From contig CAVYDJ010000003.1 in the NCBI GenBank assembly GCA_963767285.1, forward strand, positions 365,049 through 429,048: a stretch of DNA of 64,000 bases, written 5' to 3'. This stretch comes from an uncultured Solirubrobacterales bacterium. GTDB taxonomy: Bacteria; Actinomycetota; Thermoleophilia; Solirubrobacterales; 70-9. The notes below the pieces were generated by a model, which saw nothing but the letters and a program-made list of their open reading frames with translations, did not search any database and was not told where the DNA came from. The position numbers were made by a program, and so were the translations under genes. The number at the start of each line of letters is the position of its first letter. Positions within the stretch are counted from its first letter, which is position 1. Below are positions 1 to 8,714 of this stretch, one piece after another.

Positions 1-1
1 C

Positions 2-1510
2 GAGAACGCGGCCTTTGCGACCGCGCTCGAGGAGGCCGGGCTCGTGTTCATCGGCCCGCCCGCCGCGGCGATCGAGGCGATGGGCTCGAAGACCCGGGCG
101 CGCGAGATCATGAAGGAGGCCGGCGTGCCGATCGTCCCCGGCTCGACCGAGCCCTCGCCGGACGTCAAGGCGGCCGCCAAGGTCGCCAAGGAGATCGGCT
201 ATCCGGTCGCCTGCAAGGCCGCCGGCGGCGGTGGCGGCAAGGGTTTCCGGGTCGCCCAGACCCCCGACGACCTCGAGGAGGCGTTCGAGGGCGCCGCCCG
301 CGAGGGCGAGAAGTTCTTCTCTGACGACCGCGTCTATCTGGAGCGCTATCTCGAGGACCCGCGCCACGTCGAGGTCCAGGTGCTCGCCGATTCCCACGGC
401 AACGTGATTCACCTCGGCGAGCGCGACTGCTCGATTCAGCGCCGCCACCAGAAGCTGATCGAGGAGGCGCCGGGCCCGCACGTCGACGAGGAGATGCGCG
501 AGCGGATCGGCAAGATCGCCACCGACGCCGCCCTGGCCGTCGACTACCGCGGCGCCGGCACGGTCGAGGGGATGCAGGTCGGCGACGAGTACTTCTTCCT
601 CGAGATGAACACCCGCGTCCAGGTCGAGCATTGCGTGACCGAGCTGGTCACCGGCTTCGACATCGTCCGCGAGCAGGTGCTGATCGCCGCCGGCGAGAAG
701 CTCTCGATTGGCCAGGAGGACGTCGAGCTGCGCGGGCACGCGATCGAGTGCCGGATCAACGCCGAGGCCGCGCACAAGAACTTCGCCCCGGCCCCCGGGA
801 AGATCGACCGCTACATCGAGCCGGCCGGACCCGGCGTCCGTGTCGACTCCGGGCTCGAGGCCGGCGGCGAGGTGACGCCGCTCTATGACCCGATGGTCGC
901 GAAGCTGATCGTCTGGGACAACGACCGGGCGGCGGCGACCGCACGGATGCTGCGCGCCCTGGGCGAGTACGAGATCGAGCCGCTGACCACGCTGATCCCC
1001 TTCCACAAGGCGATCCTGGCGACCGAGCAATGGGCGAAGGGCGAGACCTGCCGCGACCTGACAGAGGACAAGAAGTGGCTGAAAACGCTGGCGCCCGAGG
1101 CGCCGCCGAAGCCGGCCGAGGGCGAGGAGGAAGAGGAGAAGACCGAGCGCACGTACGCGGTCGAGGTCGATGGGCGCCTGCACGCGGTGAAGGTGATCGG
1201 CGCCGCCGCTCCCGCAGGAGGCAGCGCGCCGGCCGCGGGCGCTCGCCGGCCCCCGAAGCGCGAGCGCAGCGGAAGTGCCGGCGGTGGCGGCGCGAGCGGC
1301 CCGGCTCTGCCCTCTCCGCTGCAGGGCACGATCCTCAAGGTCGCGGTCGAGAAGGGCGCCGAGGTCGAGGAGGGCGCGCTGATCTGCGTGATCGAGGCGA
1401 TGAAGATGGAGAACGAGATCACCGCGCACCGGGCCGGCAAGGTGTCCGAGCTCAACATCTCCGAGGGCGTGGCGATCAACGCCGGCGACCAGATCTGCGT
1501 GATCGAGTGA
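2..1510 (+). CDS. Acyl-CoA (acetyl/propionyl-CoA) carboxylase alpha chain: biotin carboxylase plus C-terminal biotin carboxyl carrier domain; 5' end lies outside the window
   Basis: The frame of ORF 44..1510 stays open back to base 2 (ENAAFATALEEAGLVFIGPP). ATP-grasp/biotin carboxylase motifs GGGGKGFRV and EMNTRVQVEH. C-terminal biotinyl-lysine motif EAMKMENEI. Confidence 0.9.
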   Translation, partial: ENAAFATALEEAGLVFIGPPAAAIEAMGSKTRAREIMKEAGVPIVPGSTEPSPDVKAAAKVAKEIGYPVACKAAGGGGGKGFRVAQTPDDLEEAFEGAAREGEKFFSDDRVYLERYLEDPRHVEVQVLADSHGNVIHLGERDCSIQRRHQKLIEEAPGPHVDEEMRERIGKIATDAALAVDYRGAGTVEGMQVGDEYFFLEMNTRVQVEHCVTELVTGFDIVREQVLIAAGEKLSIGQEDVELRGHAIECRINAEAAHKNFAPAPGKIDRYIEPAGPGVRVDSGLEAGGEVTPLYDPMVAKLIVWDNDRAAATARMLRALGEYEIEPLTTLIPFHKAILATEQWAKGETCRDLTEDKKWLKTLAPEAPPKPAEGEEEEEKTERTYAVEVDGRLHAVKVIGAAAPAGGSAPAAGARRPPKRERSGSAGGGGASGPALPSPLQGTILKVAVEKGAEVEEGALICVIEAMKMENEITAHRAGKVSELNISEGVAINAGDQICVIE

Positions 1511-2388
1511 CCGACCTGCCGCAGCCGCCTGGAAAGGTGCCGCTGCGGCGAAAGGGGAGCTGGCGCAAGCAGTGGCGCTACCTGGGCGCGTTCAGCGACG
1601 AGCTGATGCTGTGCGCGGCGCGGGTGCAGGTCGGGCCGGCGGGGCAGACCTTCTGGGCGATCTGGGACCGCGAGCGGGGGCGGCTCCACGAGCGCACCCG
1701 CATGACCGCACCGCGAATCGCGCGCGGGGAGGTGTGGACTGAGCTCGAGGAGGGCCAGCACACCGGCCGGATCGACTGGGCGCCCGGCGAGGGCGGGACG
1801 CTCGTCCGGATCGAGGCCGAACCGAAGGGTGAGGAGGAGGAGCAGATCCGCGCCTTCCTGCACGCGGGCGAGGGCGAGTGGCACCAGGCCGTCTGCCCGA
1901 CGGGCGAGGACGACGGCTACGTCTGGACCCGCAAGCGCCCGGTCGCGGTCGAGTGCGACGTCCGGATCGGTGAGCGCCGGATCCGCTGCGAGGCCCGTGG
2001 GGTGGAGGACGAATCGTGCGGATACCACCCCCACCACACGGTCTGGGACTGGTCGGCCGGGGTGGGCGAGACGACCGACGGGCGGGCAGTCGCATGGAAC
2101 CTGGTCAACGGGATCAACGACCCGCCGGAGGGCTCAGAGCGCGCGGTGTGGGTCGACGGCAAGCCGAGCGAGGTCGGCCCCGCGACCTTCATCGGGCTCG
2201 ACGCGATCGAGGTGGACGGCGCGCGCCTGGACTTCACGGCCGAGGCCGAGCGCAGCAAGGAGGAGTCGAAGCCCTGGGCGAAGTACTCCTACCGCCAGCC
2301 GTTCGGAACCTTCACCGGCACCCTTCCCGGCGGCCCCGAGCTCGCCCGCGGCCTCGGCGTCATGGAGCACCACGACGCGCAGTGGTAG
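1507..2388 (+). CDS. Conserved hypothetical protein (reminiscent of the DUF2804 family; unverified)
   Basis: In-frame GTG at 1507 overlaps the upstream stop (GTGA). The 1030..1506 part of the listed ORF overlaps the carboxylase in another frame. Third-position GC is strong from 1507 onward. Confidence 0.6.
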   Translation: MTDLPQPPGKVPLRRKGSWRKQWRYLGAFSDELMLCAARVQVGPAGQTFWAIWDRERGRLHERTRMTAPRIARGEVWTELEEGQHTGRIDWAPGEGGTLVRIEAEPKGEEEEQIRAFLHAGEGEWHQAVCPTGEDDGYVWTRKRPVAVECDVRIGERRIRCEARGVEDESCGYHPHHTVWDWSAGVGETTDGRAVAWNLVNGINDPPEGSERAVWVDGKPSEVGPATFIGLDAIEVDGARLDFTAEAERSKEESKPWAKYSYRQPFGTFTGTLPGGPELARGLGVMEHHDAQW

Positions 2389-2389
2389 A

Positions 2390-3016
2390 TCAGGGGTACA
2401 CCGACTCGACCCGCCAGCGCCACGGCGGCTCCTCGCCGGCGGCCCAGTCGTACTGGTCGCGGCCGTCCAGGGTTTCGAGCGCGACCAGGGCAGGGACCGC
2501 GTCGTCGAGCAGGGTGGTCGGGGCGAGACTCGCGATCTCGGCCGAGGTCACACGCCGGGGGATCCTCTCCCAGCCGATCGTCGGGCGGTAGAGCCAGTAG
2601 GTGATCTCGGCGAGGCCGGCCGACGAGCGCCGGTCGTCGACCGCGACGAAGGCGGTGACACGGCGGTTGGATGCCGTGTGACCGGGATCGGGGCCGGGCG
2701 CGGCGCAGCTCGCCGAGCGGCAGTAGCGGAAGTCGACCGGGAGCAGGCCGGAGCGGGTGGTGGGCGGGGGCGCCAGCGCGCGCACCGCGCCGGCGAGCGG
2801 GCGGCCGTAGGCGAGCGTCAGCGGGTCGCGCCAGCAGGGGCCGGGGCCGATCGCGGCGCAGCGCAGCTTGCGCGCCAGCGTCGAACCGAGCTCGCGGCCG
2901 CTCTGGTCCGAGCCGGCGGCCATCGCGGCGATCGCCGCGCCGAGCAGGAGCGCGACCAGCAGGACGAGCCCGGCGTGCTCGACGGTGGCGGCTCCGGATT
3001 GCGAGCGGGCACGCAT
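2390..3016 (-). CDS. Hypothetical membrane-anchored protein with a Flp/TadE-like prepilin-type N-terminus
   Basis: N-terminus MRARSQSGAATVEHAGLVLLVALLLGAAIAAM: a G/AATVE-type leader followed by one hydrophobic helix. High GC3. Confidence 0.55.
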   Translation of the reverse strand: MRARSQSGAATVEHAGLVLLVALLLGAAIAAMAAGSDQSGRELGSTLARKLRCAAIGPGPCWRDPLTLAYGRPLAGAVRALAPPPTTRSGLLPVDFRYCRSASCAAPGPDPGHTASNRRVTAFVAVDDRRSSAGLAEITYWLYRPTIGWERIPRRVTSAEIASLAPTTLLDDAVPALVALETLDGRDQYDWAAGEEPPWRWRVESVYP

Positions 3017-3106
3017 CGTGCGCGGACGCTAGGCGCTGAGGTGTGCCTCAGGACGCGGCGGACGTGCCGGTTCGGTGCCGGAGGACGAGAGACGCCCTCC
3101 CGGGCC

Positions 3107-3400
3107 TCAGGACAGGCCCTCGCGGGCCTCGCGCACCAGGGTGACCGACTCCGGGAACACGACCCGGATCGCGTCGCGTACCTGCATCGCCTGCTCGTCG
3201 CTGGAGCCGTGCAGCTCCAGGCGCGCGATCGCGGCGACCGTCATGTCGACGGCGAGCTTGATCGCGTTGTCGGCCCAGGCGACCTTCTGGGCGCCCTGCA
3301 TCTGCTCGGCCATGTCGGCCAGACGCGCGCGTAGCTCGTCGGGGTTGCCGAACAGGCCGAAGGGATCGCTGCCTTCCATGCACTCGATCATAGACAGCAC
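3107..3400 (-). CDS. Hypothetical small acidic protein
   Basis: 97-codon ORF with strong third-position GC bias. No recognisable motif. Start ambiguous (several in-frame ATGs at 3400/3391/3379). Confidence 0.5.
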   Translation of the reverse strand: MLSMIECMEGSDPFGLFGNPDELRARLADMAEQMQGAQKVAWADNAIKLAVDMTVAAIARLELHGSSDEQAMQVRDAIRVVFPESVTLVREAREGLS

Positions 3401-3419
3401 GTTCTCTACGCTGGCGGGC

Positions 3420-3884
3420 GTGCTCAGACGCGCCGTCCCACTTCTCGCCCTCGCCCTGCTCGCCGCCGGCTGCGGTGAGAAATCGGAGCCCGACCTCTCC
3501 GGGGTCCCGCCTCCACCGCAGCCCCGGCCGCCGACGCCCCCGCAGGGCCTGCCGGAGGCCGTGATCGGCCAGTGGACCGGGACCCTGGATCAGAAGGGGA
3601 TCAAGCCGTTTCCGATCACGGTCAGGATCGTCTCGGCGACCGAGCCGAAGCAAAACGCGGTCCGCTACGGCGGCGAGATCGACTGCTCGGGCACCTGGAC
3701 CTACCTGGACGCCGAGGGCCCGGACGTGCGCTTCCGCGAGCGGATCACCGACGGCACGGGCGGCAAGTGCAAGGGGACCGGCACGGTGACCGTGACCCCG
3801 CTTGACGGCAACGGCGGCAGGCGGCTCGACTACCGGTTTGCCGGCGGCGGGATCTCCAGCCACGGCGTGCTGAGCGGGCAGTAG
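3420..3884 (+). CDS. Putative lipoprotein
   Basis: Signal peptide plus lipobox (VPLLALALLAAGC). Start is either ATG 3378 or GTG 3420. The upstream part of ORF 3075..3884 is antisense to the neighbouring gene. Confidence 0.6.
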   Translation: MLRRAVPLLALALLAAGCGEKSEPDLSGVPPPPQPRPPTPPQGLPEAVIGQWTGTLDQKGIKPFPITVRIVSATEPKQNAVRYGGEIDCSGTWTYLDAEGPDVRFRERITDGTGGKCKGTGTVTVTPLDGNGGRRLDYRFAGGGISSHGVLSGQ

Positions 3885-3887
3885 GGG

Positions 3888-4553
3888 TCAGCCGGCGCGG
3901 CGTGCGGTCGCCGCCAGCTCGCCACCGTGGCGGCCGATCGCCGCGCCGAGCTCGAGCGGAGCCGAGACCAGCAGCACGAGCGGAGCGCCGAGCACGGTGA
4001 CCACGAGGTCGACGGCGAACCGCAGCCGGCTCTGGGCGGTGCCGGGTCGCAGGCGCCCGGCCCGCACCTCTCGGGCGAAGTTCGTGTGGAAGGTGAGCGC
4101 GTTGAGCAGCGTCTGCCACATCGAGGCCTGGGCCCGGCTGGAGACGGGCGTGCGCCGCCGCTCGACGACGTGGTCGTTGCGTTCGGCGAGTAGCTCGAGG
4201 CTTCCGGGGGTGTGGATCAGGCGGCCGGGGTACCCGTCGATGGCCGCCCAGCCGACCTCGCCGATCCAGGCCTGCAGGCTGGCACGGTTCGGGATCGCGA
4301 TCTCGCGCATGCCCGGGTCGCCCGCCCGGCAGACGGCCTCCCACTCGTCGGCGAGGTCGATCGCCCGCCCGCGCTCGACCGCGACGCCGCAGTTCTCGCA
4401 GCGGTCGATGATCCGCTGCAGGTCACCCTCCGCAATCGGTACGCCGATCCCCGCGCCGCCCGCCGGCGGCAGCGCGATCCAGCCATAGAGCTGCTGCCCG
4501 CAGAGCGGGCAGGGACCGGGCTCCGCCGTCCCGCCGTTCGATGAGCCTGCCAT
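3888..4553 (-). CDS. Hypothetical protein with N-terminal zinc-ribbon (CPLC...CENC) and a C-terminal TM helix
   Basis: Cys pairs CPLCGQQ and CENCGV. Hydrophobic segment FAVDLVVTVLGAPLVLLVSAPL near the C-terminus. Good GC3. Confidence 0.55.
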   Translation of the reverse strand: MAGSSNGGTAEPGPCPLCGQQLYGWIALPPAGGAGIGVPIAEGDLQRIIDRCENCGVAVERGRAIDLADEWEAVCRAGDPGMREIAIPNRASLQAWIGEVGWAAIDGYPGRLIHTPGSLELLAERNDHVVERRRTPVSSRAQASMWQTLLNALTFHTNFAREVRAGRLRPGTAQSRLRFAVDLVVTVLGAPLVLLVSAPLELGAAIGRHGGELAATARRAG

Positions 4554-4591
4554 GGACGCCGCATCGTAGGGACCCGGATATCGTTCGCCCC

Positions 4592-5038
4592 GTGCAACTG
4601 CGCGAGATCATGACCGCGGGCGTGGTCACGGCCGGTCCCGACACCGACGTGCTCGCCGTCGCCCAGCTGATGCGCGACCACTCGGTCGGCTCGGTTGTGA
4701 TCTGCGACGCGGAGGGCGAACCGGCGGCGATGGTCACCGATCGCGACCTGACCGTCCGCGCGCTGGCCGAGGAGCGCCCGGCCGGCGAGCCCGTCGCCGA
4801 CCACTGCTCGCGGCCGCTCGTCACCGGGGAACCGGAGATGGACCTCGAGGAGGCGGCGGCGCTGATGGTCCAGCACCGCGTCCGCCGCCTGCCCGTGGTC
4901 GAGGACGCGCGCCTGGTCGGGATCGTCACCCTCGACGACATCGCGGTCAGGACCGGCAACCTCGAGGTGGCCCAGCGGATGACCCAGGAAGTGATCGAGG
5001 GCGCACTGCCCGGCTTCTTCTTCCACGAGCGCGGCTGA
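4592..5038 (+). CDS. CBS domain pair protein
   Basis: Two CBS repeats (VQLREIMTAGVVTAGPDTDV...VVICD and EAAALMVQHRVRRLPVVEDARLVGIVTLDDI). GTG 4592 avoids overlap with the divergent gene. Confidence 0.8.
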   Translation: MQLREIMTAGVVTAGPDTDVLAVAQLMRDHSVGSVVICDAEGEPAAMVTDRDLTVRALAEERPAGEPVADHCSRPLVTGEPEMDLEEAAALMVQHRVRRLPVVEDARLVGIVTLDDIAVRTGNLEVAQRMTQEVIEGALPGFFFHERG

Positions 5039-5048
5039 CCCGAGCACG

Positions 5049-5273
5049 ATGCCCTCGACCCCGCAGCAGCTGCGCACCCGGGCCCGTTTCGAGGCGGTGA
5101 TCGGCCTCGGCGCCCCGGCGCTCGACCTCGTGCTCGCTGCCGGAGAACGGATATCGCGGATCGCGGGACGCAACGACGACTACGTCCCGATCCGGTCCGC
5201 CGGCGACCGGCTCGAGCTCGACGCAGCCGGCCGGCGGTCCCCGCGGCGCGGAGAGCGCCTGCCCCGCGGATGA
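5049..5273 (+). CDS. Hypothetical small protein
   Basis: 74-codon ORF with high GC3. Its stop overlaps the next start (ATGA at 5270). Confidence 0.4.
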   Translation: MPSTPQQLRTRARFEAVIGLGAPALDLVLAAGERISRIAGRNDDYVPIRSAGDRLELDAAGRRSPRRGERLPRG

Positions 5274-6136
5274 ATCGCCAGCAGATCCTCGAGCGCGAGC
5301 GTCGCGGCCAGCGCCTTGCCGCCTGGGCGGCGCTCGCGGCCGCGCCGCTCTACATCGTCTCGCTCTTCAGCCTGCGTGGCACCGGCGTCCCGCTGACCGG
5401 ACTGGCGACCGAGCAGCTTCGCGCCGTCGACGAGGTCAGCGCCCAAGTGGTCCTTGCGGGGGTCCTCTCGGCGCTCGCGCTCGCGCTGATCACGATCCCG
5501 CTCTACTACCTGTTCCGCGCCGCTCAGGCGCGCAGCGAGCGGGTCAACCCGGCGATGATCGGCTTCGTGTTCATCGGGCCGCTGCTGCTCGGGGCCCAGA
5601 CGTTGATCAAGGCGATCGCCCAGGTCCAGCTCGCCTCCGACTTCGTCGCCGATTCGGCCCGCGGCGGCGATATCTACACGCTGCTCGACGACCTGATCGA
5701 CGAGAGCACGCTGAACCAGGTCGGCTCGTACCTGATCCTCCCGGCCCTGCTCGCGCTTGTCGTCGCGATGGTGTACGTGCCGCTGAACGCGATGCGGGTC
5801 GGGCTACTGAGCCGGTTCTTCGCGACCCTGGGGATGGCCCTCGCCGCGTCGCTGATCCTGATCCAGCCCCAGCTCTCGCTGCTCGCGCTGATGATCTGGT
5901 TCGGATGGCTCGGGTTCGTGATCCTCGACAAGGTGCCGCGCGGCCGCCCGCCCGCGTGGGACGCCGGCGAGGCGATCCCCTGGCCGCGGCCGGGCGATGA
6001 GCCGCGGCCCGCGGTCGCGGCGGAGGGCGTGGTCGACGGTGACGCGAGCGAGGTCTTCAGCGAGCCCGCCGCTCCCCAGGACCATTCGGCTCGCCGCGAG
6101 CGAGCCCGCAAGAGAAAGCGCAAGCGACGCCGCTAG
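5270..6136 (+). CDS. Hypothetical multi-pass membrane protein with a poly-basic C-terminal tail
   Basis: About six hydrophobic segments. Tail RRERARKRKRKRRR. Coupled to the upstream small ORF. Confidence 0.6.
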   Translation: MNRQQILERERRGQRLAAWAALAAAPLYIVSLFSLRGTGVPLTGLATEQLRAVDEVSAQVVLAGVLSALALALITIPLYYLFRAAQARSERVNPAMIGFVFIGPLLLGAQTLIKAIAQVQLASDFVADSARGGDIYTLLDDLIDESTLNQVGSYLILPALLALVVAMVYVPLNAMRVGLLSRFFATLGMALAASLILIQPQLSLLALMIWFGWLGFVILDKVPRGRPPAWDAGEAIPWPRPGDEPRPAVAAEGVVDGDASEVFSEPAAPQDHSARRERARKRKRKRRR

Positions 6137-6191
6137 CTGGACCGCGGCGTGACGGTCGGTTAGATTCTTGCCTGCGAACGAGGGAGCAAGG

Positions 6192-6950
6192 ATGCGTTCT
6201 GCTGTTGCATTGGTGGGTGTCGTGCTCGCGGCGGGAGTGATCCCGGCGTCGACCGCCCTTGCCGACGGCAAGGGAGTGGAGCACCACTCGGACTTCGCGG
6301 TGACGCTGAGCGGGCCCCAGGAGGCGTCGGTCGAGGGCCGCGCCACCTACGAGATGCAGATCACCAACACCGGCCCCGACGCCACGGAGCCGAAGTTGCG
6401 CTTCAACCGCGGCAAGAACGCGACGGCGGCCGACTTCGACGAGGGCAAGTCGGTTCGCACGATCTCCCAGACGGCGTCCCAGGGCGACTGCACCACCGAC
6501 GCGGACGGCGTCATCTGCAAGCCCGGCACGCTCGCGGTGGGCGAAACGGTCGACATCGAGGTGGTGATGAAGATCTTCGACGACTACTCGCCGAAGCTGA
6601 CCGTGCAGGCGACCGTGGCGCCGGAGCTGGTCCCGGCGTTCGACACCAACCACGACAACGACCACGCCACGGTGTCCACGAAGGTCCGGCCGCCGATCTC
6701 CGTCGACGGAGTGCCCGATAACTGCGCGAGGAGCCCGTTCAAGCTCAAGATCGAGACCGACGTCCCGAAGGCGAAGAAGACGAAGGTGGCCGTCGACGGC
6801 AAGGTACTCGACACCAGCTCCGCCGAGAAGTGGTCCGTGACGGTGAAGCCGGACGACCTCGACAAGGGCTCGCACAAGCTCTCGGTCGTCGTCCAGGGCG
6901 GTAGCGGCGGCGCCCTGGCGAAGCTGGACGACAAGTTCAAGACGTGTTGA
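6192..6950 (+). CDS. Secreted protein with DUF11/CARDB-like Ig-fold repeats
   Basis: GGGAG 5 nt upstream of ATG 6192. Signal peptide MRSAVALVGVVLAAGVIPASTALA. TYEMQITNTGPDATEP-type repeat signature. Confidence 0.55.
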   Translation: MRSAVALVGVVLAAGVIPASTALADGKGVEHHSDFAVTLSGPQEASVEGRATYEMQITNTGPDATEPKLRFNRGKNATAADFDEGKSVRTISQTASQGDCTTDADGVICKPGTLAVGETVDIEVVMKIFDDYSPKLTVQATVAPELVPAFDTNHDNDHATVSTKVRPPISVDGVPDNCARSPFKLKIETDVPKAKKTKVAVDGKVLDTSSAEKWSVTVKPDDLDKGSHKLSVVVQGGSGGALAKLDDKFKTC

Positions 6951-6980
6951 GTACCGCCTGATTCGAGGCGTGGCCGGAAG

Positions 6981-7017
6981 GTAATCGATCGGTTACTCTG
7001 TGTAATCGAGTGATTAC
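6981..7017. promoter_or_regulatory. Two 16-bp inverted repeats, probable TetR operator pair
   Basis: GTAATCGATCGGTTAC (6981-6996) and GTAATCGAGTGATTAC (7002-7017). Arms are GTAATC/GATTAC, centres 21 bp apart, ending 4 nt before the TetR start. Confidence 0.5.
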
Positions 7018-7020
7018 CTA

Positions 7021-7641
7021 GTGGCCGCCCCACGCGACACCAGAGCCCGGATCCTCGCCGCCGCGATCGAGCTGTTCGCCGAGCGCGGCTACACCGGCAC
7101 GTCGATCGGCGAGATCGAGGCCGCCGCGGGGCTGGCGCCGAGGTCGGGCGGCCTCTACAAGCACTTCGCGAGCAAGGACGCGCTGCTGGAGGCGGCGCTC
7201 TCCGAGCGGCTGGGCGAGATCGAGGCGTTCAATGCCCGGCTCGAGGTCGAGCCACTCGGCGACCTGCGCGCGGAGCTGACCCTGACCGCCCGCTGGGGCC
7301 TCGCCGAGCTCGCCCGCGAGCGCCAGCTGGTGCGGATCGTGATGCGCGACGGCGGCCGTGTCCCAGAGCTCGCCGAGCGCTTCCACGCCGCGATCGTCCG
7401 GCCCGGGATCGAGCTCACGATCCGGGGCCTGAAGCGCTACGCCGGCGAGCGCGGCGCATCGGTCCCCGACCCGGAGGCGCTCGGCGAGGTCGTCTGCGCG
7501 TCGCTGGTCGGGTTCAGCCTCCAGCAGACCCTGTTCGGCGAGCGGTTCGCCGGCGTCGACGCGGACCGCTTCGCGGCCGCCTGGGTCGACTCTTGCCTCG
7601 CGATCATCGAGAACCTCGAAAGGAACGAAGTCCATGCCTGA
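7021..7641 (+). CDS. TetR/AcrR family transcriptional regulator
   Basis: N-terminal HTH RARILAAAIELFAERGYTGTSIGEIEAAAGLAPRSGGLYKHFASKDALL. Confidence 0.85.
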   Translation: MAAPRDTRARILAAAIELFAERGYTGTSIGEIEAAAGLAPRSGGLYKHFASKDALLEAALSERLGEIEAFNARLEVEPLGDLRAELTLTARWGLAELARERQLVRIVMRDGGRVPELAERFHAAIVRPGIELTIRGLKRYAGERGASVPDPEALGEVVCASLVGFSLQQTLFGERFAGVDADRFAAAWVDSCLAIIENLERNEVHA

Positions 7642-8704
7642 TCCCTGCTCGACCCCGACCCGGCACCGAACCGCGATCCGCGCCGCGCTCGGCGGCGTCG
7701 GCCTGATCCAGGTCTTCAACGGCCTCTACGCGCTGTTCGCCCCGAGCTCGTTCTACAGCGACTTCCCGCTCGGGCGCGGCTGGGTCGAGGCGCTGCCCTC
7801 CTACAGCGAACACCTCGTCCGTGACGTCGGCGGGCTCTTCCTGGCCACCGGGGCGGTACTGCTCGCCGCGGCGTGGACACTGCAGCGCCGGCTGGTGATC
7901 GTCGCCGCGGCCGCGTTCCTGCTCTTCTCGCTCCCGCACGCGATCTACCACTTCCTCAATCTGGGCCCGTACTCGACCGGCGACGCGATCGCCAACGCGC
8001 TCGGGGTCGCGACGCTCGTCGTGCTTCCGCTCTGGGTCCTGTTCGAGCTCCGCCGCCAGAGCAGTCATCCGGCGCCAAGCGCGCGCGGGGCGGGGCCGAC
8101 CGACGGCAACGCGCGAATCGCCGGGGTTCCGGAGGACACCCGCAATCCGCTGGTCCGCTACGGCTATCGCGAATCACGCCGTCGCTACGGCGAGGTCATG
8201 GACCCGCTGCGGATCTACGCCCACCACCCCAAGGTGATGCTCGGCTATGCGGCGCTGGAGACCGCCTCGGAGCGCTCGACCCTGGTCGACGAGCGGCTCA
8301 AGCACCTGGCGCAGGTGCGGGCGGCGATGGTCTGCGGCTGCGAGTGGTGCCTGGACTTCGGCTCCTCGATCAGCGAGGAGGCCGGGGTCGGCGAGGAGGA
8401 CCTGCGCGAGCTGCCGACCTATGCCTCCAGCGACCGGTTCAGCGACCTCGAGAAGGCGGTCCTGGACTACGCGACCGGGATCTCGCGCAGCCCGGTCGAC
8501 GTTCCCGACGAGCTGTTCGACCGCCTGCGCTCGCACCTCGACGAGCCGCAGCTCGTCGAGCTCACCCACATGATCGCGCTCGAGAACTACCGCGCCCGCT
8601 TCAACTGGGCGTTCGGGATCGAGGACCAGGGCTTCTCGGAGGGCGCCTACTGCGTGCGGCCGGCGGCGAGCGAACCGGTGCTTGCGGGAAAGCCCCTTCC
8701 CTAG
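7634..8704 (+). CDS. Fusion protein: N-terminal 4-TM membrane domain plus C-terminal carboxymuconolactone decarboxylase/AhpD-like domain
   Basis: ATG 7634 overlaps the TetR stop by 8 nt. Hydrophobic N-terminal 140 aa. C-terminal half carries the CMD-type CxxC (MVCGCEWCLDFG) and alkylhydroperoxidase-like helices. Confidence 0.65.
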   Translation: MPDPCSTPTRHRTAIRAALGGVGLIQVFNGLYALFAPSSFYSDFPLGRGWVEALPSYSEHLVRDVGGLFLATGAVLLAAAWTLQRRLVIVAAAAFLLFSLPHAIYHFLNLGPYSTGDAIANALGVATLVVLPLWVLFELRRQSSHPAPSARGAGPTDGNARIAGVPEDTRNPLVRYGYRESRRRYGEVMDPLRIYAHHPKVMLGYAALETASERSTLVDERLKHLAQVRAAMVCGCEWCLDFGSSISEEAGVGEEDLRELPTYASSDRFSDLEKAVLDYATGISRSPVDVPDELFDRLRSHLDEPQLVELTHMIALENYRARFNWAFGIEDQGFSEGAYCVRPAASEPVLAGKPLP

Positions 8705-8714
8705 AGTCCCCTCG

